A DNA stretch of 64,000 nucleotides, taken from the human T2T-CHM13v2.0 reference genome, Homo sapiens. The stretch lies in NCBI RefSeq assembly GCF_009914755.1, contig NC_060928.1; one strand, 5' to 3'. The stretch's first letter is position 1. The number at the start of each line of letters is the position of its first letter. The notes under the pieces were generated by a model that did not search any database, was not told the origin of the DNA, and worked only from the letters and a program-made list of their open reading frames with translations. A program made the position numbers and the translations under genes. Of this stretch, positions 56,316-64,000 are shown piece by piece.

Positions 56316-57086
56316 TGCACACATCTGAGGCTTACTTCTTTGGCCTAAGCCAAGAATCATTTAGAATAAATGTATCTGAAGTTAGTCAAACAAAGAGTGC
56401 TACCCATATATTTTTATTCTTCCTTTTAAATATATTTTATTTCTTTTCATCTTATTAGCAATCTAAAAGCTACTAAAATTTCCTACCCATGCTTTAATGC
56501 TAGTATGTTGCCTATCACTTTTGGTATTTAACTTTCAGATAATTTTAGAATAGATCACCTTAGAATACACGTTACAAACATTTTCAGGAGAATACAGAGC
56601 AGTTTACTTAGTCAAAACAGTAGAAAGCATATACACAGAGAAGTAGCAGCAGATAAGAATATTAAGTTAGAGCCAGATTGTAGAAGCTATGTACTTTGAT
56701 ATTTATTAGGTAGATGATAAAAAGACATCAAAGTTTATTTCGAGTAGGGAATGTGATTTGAAATTTTAACTCCACTCTCCACTCTCAGTTAAATCACAAA
56801 ACAGTGTATTTTATTTATGTATTTTTTTCTGTTGAAATCCATGGTTTTCTAGGTTTTGATGAATTATGTTTTCAAATATAATTAGCAAGTCTACAGTGCA
56901 TCTATATGTATGTCAAATGCAAATGCATCTACAGTGTTTTGCTAATAATTTTTCCATCTTCAATTGAGTAACAAAGACCTTTCTAACATACGATTCATTT
57001 TTTGTCATTTGCAAAGTATATTCATTTAGTTGGGTTTGTTTTGCATGATTAATTTTGACTGATAGCTGATTTGTTTTCTATTCTAG

Positions 57087-57140
57087 GTTGTGGAGACTAA
57101 TTTGGTTGCTTTTGACTGTCACTGGATCATTATAAATGAG
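57087..57140 (+). CDS. GRID2: Internal coding exon (54 nt, phase 0/0) of glutamate ionotropic receptor delta-2, amino-terminal domain; exon 5 by recall
   Basis: Acceptor tttgttttctattctag|G and donor GAG|gtaaag. Translation [18 protein letters not shown] matches the GluD2 sequence as I remember it (...[32 protein letters not shown]...). Confidence 0.95.
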
Positions 57141-57934
57141 GTAAAGCCAACTAAACCTTATTGTTAACTCTGTGTCCTTTTTTCACATATATAATTGTAG
57201 CATTTCCAATGGCCTTGAATTTTTAAGCGGAAACAAAACTTGAAGTAAACATTCAACTTACTGAGTGAATGCTGTTTAACAAAGATAGAATGAAGAGTTT
57301 TTAAAAATGATAAAGGGTTTTATATTAATAAAATAAATGGAGAAAGTCTTTCTCACTGAGTCTCTTTTAGCTCTTTCTGTTGGCTCATTCTGCCTGCTCA
57401 AGGAGATCATCTTTATAAAAAGTACAGTTCTACTTTGTAAGCAAAGTAAACTCCTCCCAGTGGAGTGCTTGTGTTCCATTTATATTTTAATGTTGTTTCT
57501 AGAACTGTTATGTCCACCCTCCTTACATGAGTATTAAAAAGTTCAGCATATGAATATGAATAAACACAGAACAGATTTTTCCCTTTTCATAAGGAAGTAC
57601 AACTGTTTTCAAATCTTTAGACTTGTCAAATTCTTGTGAAAGTCTTTTGATTTTTGCAAAGATAATACATAAGATTAAAAATATATTACAACCTAAAAGC
57701 CCTGGGAAATAAGTTGTTCCATTAGGACCTGCCAGTCAGAAATGGAAGGAACAATGAGCAGGTCAGTCATGGACAAATAATGTGATCACATACATTTTTC
57801 CTCAACAAGATGTAGTACTTGGTCATACCTATTATTTATGAATAAAAATAATGTAATATTTACTTATTCATTATACTAAATACAGAATTCTAGAATAATA
57901 AGATTTCTTTTAGGGACAAAATAGTATTTTTGGA

Positions 57935-58165
57935 TAAGAATCCTGGTTTTATAGTCAGCAAGATAGGTTTGATCCTGGCTATAAAACTTGGTAGCTGTCT
58001 TAACATGGATATCAGCTTCCTGTGCCTCAGTTTATTCATTTGGACAAGTATAATAACAATTACTTTGCATGTTCATAATAAAAGTTAAATGAGGTATTAT
58101 CAGGTGCTCTTAACACAGTGCTTGACAAATGACACACAAGAATGGTACTGCGATAATGATCATAT
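57935..58165 (+). mobile_element. MIR SINE
   Basis: ggtttgatcctggct...tgtgcctcagtttattcatt...ttaaatgag...acacagtgcttgaca. Confidence 0.8.
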
Positions 58166-58764
58166 CACGTTAAAATTCAGAGATCATTCCCTTATATATT
58201 ATCTTATGGAATACTAAACCATATTCTCTGAAGTACTGAGGGAATGAGGTCCATAGAGAATAAATTATTTTCCTCTTTTTACACAGAAAAGTGAAAATAA
58301 TTCCCAGTTTCAAGTTGTTTCTCCTACACTACACTTCAATGATGGAATGATCCTTTTTATTTCAGAGTAAAGACGCTGAAAACACCTTACAAGTCTGTTT
58401 TTGGTCTGCCAAACATTAGGTTTCTATGAATTTTAGCTGTATTTCTCATGTCAAAATAAGATAGGTTTTTCTGAGATTTCCTCAGGCAATACGTATCTGC
58501 AGGTCTGCTTTTCAATAAAGTTCTGGTACCTTCTAAGTTTCTAGTATGTCTTAATTTTCATGTGGAATAACTAAACGTTGGGATAGAGGGAAAGACAAAG
58601 GAAAAGGAACTTAATAAACCTTCAAATTAAATATTTTCATTTCAATTTTTCTCCAAGGAAACTAAGTTTCAAAGAAATTAAACAATTCAGCAAATATTAC
58701 ACAACTATTAGTGATGATAATGGAATTTAAAACTTAATCTTTTTCAGTGTAAAGCTTTGGTTGG

Positions 58765-60239
58765 TTTTGTTTTGTTTTTGTTTTGTTTTTAGCTTTTAAG
58801 TTCAGGGGTACGTGAGCAAGTTTGTATGTAGGTAAACTCGTGTCATGGGGGTTTACTGTACAGATTACTTTGTCACCCAGGCATTAAGCCTAGTGCTCAT
58901 TAGTTATTTTTCCTGTTCCTTTTCTTCTTCCTACTCTCTTCCCTTCAGTAGACCCCGAAGTGTGTTGTTCCCCTCTTTGTGTCCATATGTTTTCATCATT
59001 TAGCTCCCATTTATAAGTGAGAACATGAGGTATTTGGTTTTCTGTTTCTGCGTTAGTTCGCTGAGGAAAATGGCTTCCAGCTCCATTCATATTTCTGCGA
59101 AGGACATATCATTCCTTTTTTGTGATTGCACAGTATTCCACAATGTATATGTGCCACATTTTCTTTATCCAGTGTACTGTTGGTGGGTATTTATGTTGAT
59201 TCCATGTCATTCCTATTGTGAATAGTGATGCAATGGACATAGGCATGCATGTGTCTTTATGATAAAACAATTTATATTCATTTGGGTATATACCCAGTAA
59301 TGGGATTGCTGGGTGAAATGGTAGTTCTGCTTTTAGGTCTCTGAGGAAATCACCAAACTCTTTTCCACAATGGTTGAACAAATTTACACTCCCACCACCA
59401 ACAATGTATAAACATTCCTTTTTCTTCACAACCATGCCAGCATCTGTTATTTTTTGACTTTTTAATAATAGCCATTATGACTGGTGTGAGATGGTATCTC
59501 ATAGTGGTTTTGATTTGGATTTCTCTAATGATCAGCGATGTTGAGCTTTCTTTCATATGATTATTGATCATATGATGTATTATTTTGAAAAGTGTCTGTT
59601 GATGTCCTTTGCCCACTTTTAAATGGGGTTGTTTGGTTTTGCTTTAAATTTGCTTAAGTTTCTTGTAGAACTTAAGGATAAATAGACCTTTGACAGATGC
59701 ATAGTTTGCAAAAATTTTCTCCCATTCTGTAGGTTGTTCACTCTGATGATAGTTTCTTTTGCTGTGCATAAGCTCGTTAGTTTAATTCAATTTTGTTTGT
59801 CGATTTTTGCTTTTGTTGCAATTGCTTTTGTCATCTTTGTCATGAAATATTTGCCCATTTATATGTCTAGGTTGTTTTCCAGGGTTTTTATAGTTATGGG
59901 TTTTACATTTAAGGTTTTAATCCATCTTGTGTTAATTTTTGTATATGGTATAATAAAATGGTCCAGTTTCAATCTTCTGCATATGGCTTGCCAGTTATCC
60001 CAGCAATCATTTATTATTAAAGGAAAGCGTCCTTTCCCCATTGCTTATTGTTGTCAGCTTTCTCAAAGATCAGGTAGTTGCAGGTATGCAGCCTTATATC
60101 TGGGCAATCTGTTCTGCTGCATTCATCTATGTGTCTGTTTTTGTACCAGTATCATGCTGTTTTGGTTAGTGTAGCACTGTAGTATAGTTTGAAGTCAGGT
60201 AGCATGATGTCTCCAGCTTTGTTCTTTTCCCTTAGGATT
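58765..60239 (-). mobile_element. 5'-truncated older L1PA (about PA13-16), about 1.5 kb
   Basis: ttttaagttcaggggtac...gtcatgggggtttactgtacagatt. ORF2p remnants ([17 protein letters not shown]; [15 protein letters not shown]; PAIPLLGIYP) broken by frameshifts. Confidence 0.95.
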
Positions 60240-60296
60240 TTGTTTTTTGATACATGCTTTTTGATACATTTTCACTTAGAATTTTGTTTTTGACCA

Positions 60297-60999
60297 TGAG
60301 AACAACATGATCACCCACTGTTTAAGGCTCAATTTGTACTTTGGGAGAAATAGCCTCTTCATATTATATAGGTGTAACCTGAATAGACTAGCATGTATTT
60401 AATTGGTAATAAATAAATATTTTTTGATAATTATCTTTATGGTTTATATTTTTGAAATTTCTACTGCCTCAGTTATAATCTGATGGGAGCTATTTATGTC
60501 ACTAGCTTTTTTGTATTAATTATTTTCTAGATTACTTTTTTTGAAATAAGGATTCTTCTAATTTTTTGTTTTTATTTCACATCCTACTTTGGACAGGATA
60601 TAGACTACACAGATTTCCTGATGCAAAACCAGCGAGAGTCATTTTACCTATTCATGTCAATCAACCTTAATAGAAAAATAAAGTGACTTCTTACCTCTTT
60701 AGAGAAATGGATTAATCTGGACAAATTAATGCTTACAATCACTAAATTGAAATGGCCATTCTCCTGTATTGGTTGATAAGATTGCAGAAGGAACCCCTTA
60801 ATTAATTTTTTTTAATATCCAATTTAGCTTCCACAAGTATACCTGAACTTAAAAGTATAAACTGAAATAGAGCTTCTGAGAACAACATGGTCATTTACCC
60901 ACTGTTTAAGACTCAATTTGTACTTTGGAAGAAATGGCATCTTCATATTGTATAGGTGTAGCCTGAATAGACTAGCATGTATTTCATTGGTAATAAATA
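60297..60999 (+). repeat. Dispersed direct duplication of about 120 bp (60297-60415 and 60877-60999)
   Basis: tgagaacaacatg...ggtaataaata in both copies; 8 substitutions and one 4-nt indel by manual alignment. Confidence 0.95.
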
Positions 61000-62432
61000 G
61001 TATGGAAAAAATAATAAAAATTTATGTTTTATTGTATTTTTCATAAGCATTATGATTCATGTTTTTAAACTTATTAAATTTTATTTCATAAAATATTACA
61101 AATGAAAATATTGTCATTAAGTGGATGCTCCATAATTTGGGCCACTATTTTGCAAAATAAAACATCCATATAAACAAAGCAATCTCACTGGTAAATAACT
61201 CAATACATGTTAGAAGTCTAGGAGATAATTAAGGAGACCTCAATTATTTTCTTATCCTTCAAACTTAGGTTTTCTACTGTGAATTGTCTAATAAAACTTC
61301 ACCATCACCATCATTGAAACCGTTATCTCTTTCTTACCCACAGCCCTACTTTCTTGTCTTCCAGCAGAGGTATAATTTCTTTTGGGCAAGCCACACTGCC
61401 TAGCCTCTTAAAAATACAATGTTCACAACCCATACCATTTACATTACACAGGTTAGCACTTTTATCTGAACAAGGTTAAAACTCAGATAATGAGCAAATG
61501 TTTTCTGTATTTTAACCCATAAAAAAATAAACAAAAACCATTATTGGCTGGTATATCCAAAATCAACACTCTTACTTTCAAATTATTCCATTCACCCGCA
61601 TACTTATTCTCATTCATCCACTTTATTCTGAAATATGCCTCAGAAAATGACTTTTACATTTTTCTTGCACACTTTTCATTTACATGCTTGTTTATGGGAA
61701 TTTATAATGGATGAATTATAATTTTCCCTAGTTTCTATAAAAGAAAAAAAACACATGGATTTCTCAATATTGCTAGGAAGCTACTAAACTCTAAATGTAA
61801 TAATAAAAAAAACCCTCAAAAGATGCAAATGCCCGTTTTGGCTGAACGTGGAGAACATGAATCTGTCTAGTTTTGTTTGTGTAGCTATTATTTTGTTGCT
61901 AATTTTAAAATGGGTTGCAGACATTGATTTAATCTTATTGCATCAATAGTTTTTAAAGGAGGGAATATAAATCAAAGTTGGCATTGTGCATCATGATAGA
62001 AATTAATGTAGAAACTTGAAAACAATATATTTTTTTCATTTGCATTAAGTGTGCTATAATAATGAGAGGCTGTGCTAGCTCATATGGTGTAATCAATCAT
62101 ATGTTAGTACTTGGTAATAGTATTTATCTTCTCCCCGCAATCAGTGGATCCAGCTCAGAGCAGCCTTTCCGTGCAAGTATTGTCATCCCTTCAGGGCCCT
62201 GAAGCAGATGGCTTAACACTTTATTTAAGTTTTACAAAAGTTAGAAATTCAGATAGGAAGACGTGCACTGTTCAGAGCTGCAAGAAGCACAATGCTTCAT
62301 ATACCCTTCTATTGCCTGATAATATCAAATATGACCTTTGTTGTCTTGATTGACTTTACTGGCTTTTTACTTAATTTGAATAGTGTAAGACATTATTCTC
62401 TGTTAATCACTGCTGAGTATTACATTTAATGA

Positions 62433-62783
<351 letters not shown>

Positions 62784-63172
62784 TGAGATTTAAAAAGCCT
62801 ATATGTGTAATGGATGTTTTTAATTTTTTCTAGTTTAATGATGAATTGAACTGCTCACTTCTAAGCTTTCAAGTAGAAAGTTGCCATCCTGCTTCTCTTC
62901 CTGTTGGTACATAGCCTACAGTTGGATTTGTTCCATTTTTTAACATTTGCCTAATTGATTCATATTAATGTTAAATTTTATGGAAGCATCAAAGGGTCAT
63001 CTTTGCTAAAATATGAAAAATACAAACAAATAAGAAACAAACACCACATAGTAGAGGGCTTAATCTTAATACTAAAATCTTCTTTATTTAGAATTGTTTA
63101 ACATTTTAAAGTATTCTGGTGTCTAGAATTAAAATTTCAGGTATAAGTCTTTAGAAGATGATAAAATCTTAC

Positions 63173-63290
63173 CATTCATTCATTAAATAAATTTTGTATT
63201 TATCAACATTTATTGAATACCTACTATAAGCCAAAATATTTGTTAGATGCTAAGAGGTATAAGAATGGGAAAAAGGAAACTATTCCTCTG
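63173..63290 (-). mobile_element. L2 3' end
   Basis: cattcattcatt...caacatttattgaatacctactat. Confidence 0.7.
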
Positions 63291-64000
63291 AAATTGTTAT
63301 TTTTAGTCTAAATTGGCATCTGATCCAATGGATTTTGAGAGTCTTTTCTTCCCACAATCTTATTCATTTCAACCTAAAGCTGATATACTACAAGGATTCA
63401 GAAATGATTCAATTCTCCTAAGAGATTTCTTCTGGGAAATGGCTGTTTCTAGATGGAGTTGTATCCCCAGAAGATATTTTAGCATTCCTTTTTCTTCCTC
63501 GGGGCTTTCACAGTTCAGGATTCAACCGACATTAAATTATTAAAGCAAAGTGAATAAGAATATTTTGTCGGACATATTGACTTTGATTCTTAGTAGTTTT
63601 CAAGTATCTAGGTAAATTATTTTTGGGAAAAAAGGCTTCCTTAGCCTAAATAAGTAAAATAGAAAAGTTAAGTCGCTAAAAAATACTTAATCATTTGTTA
63701 TTGCAATGTTAATTCTACTTTTATGAATATACTCAATAAAATAAAGAATATAAGAAGGAAAATAATTTTATAATTTGGGTTCTTTAAATTACTTAGAGCT
63801 CAGGAATACTCTATATCTTTTAAAAGATTAAGATATTTAATGGTGCTGGGGGCTTGGGAGAGTGAGTGCTTTATTGGTAAACTAGTTCTTCACATGATTA
63901 TTTTAAAAAATCTGACAGTTTAAACATTTTTTAAAAAATTCAGAGCATTAGGATAATATAGATCCTAGTACATTGTATAACATTTTAATACACAAGTTTA

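Overview
This is AT-rich, repeat-dense primate DNA, very likely human, not a prokaryotic or viral locus. One coding exon, missed by the ORF track, identifies it: 57087-57140 (+), 54 nt, ag|GTT...GAG|gt, translating to [18 protein letters not shown]. I recognise this peptide as part of the amino-terminal domain of glutamate receptor delta-2 (GRID2, 4q22; exon 5 by my recall). The rest is intronic (intron 4 and the start of intron 5). It holds about 13 Alu/FLAM copies, several L1 3' fragments, L2, MIR, a Tigger1 remnant, MER5/MER45 hAT elements, MaLR LTRs (including a two-LTR MST element and a THE1 solo LTR) and microsatellites. I found no evidence of a new multi-gene system, and nearly all listed ORFs are repeat-derived or chance. 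The most notable items are: a tailless 5'-half tRNA-Glu(CTC) retrocopy; a twin-primed inverted L1 lacking its G-rich tract; a templated-looking 120-bp duplication at an L1 5' junction; a candidate 36-nt poison exon next to a CRE-like motif cluster; a convergent pair of CTCF-like motifs; a very young AluYc1-like copy; and a (TA)22 tract in a fragile-site gene. Repeat subfamily calls were made by eye from remembered consensus sequences, and boundaries of old repeats are approximate.
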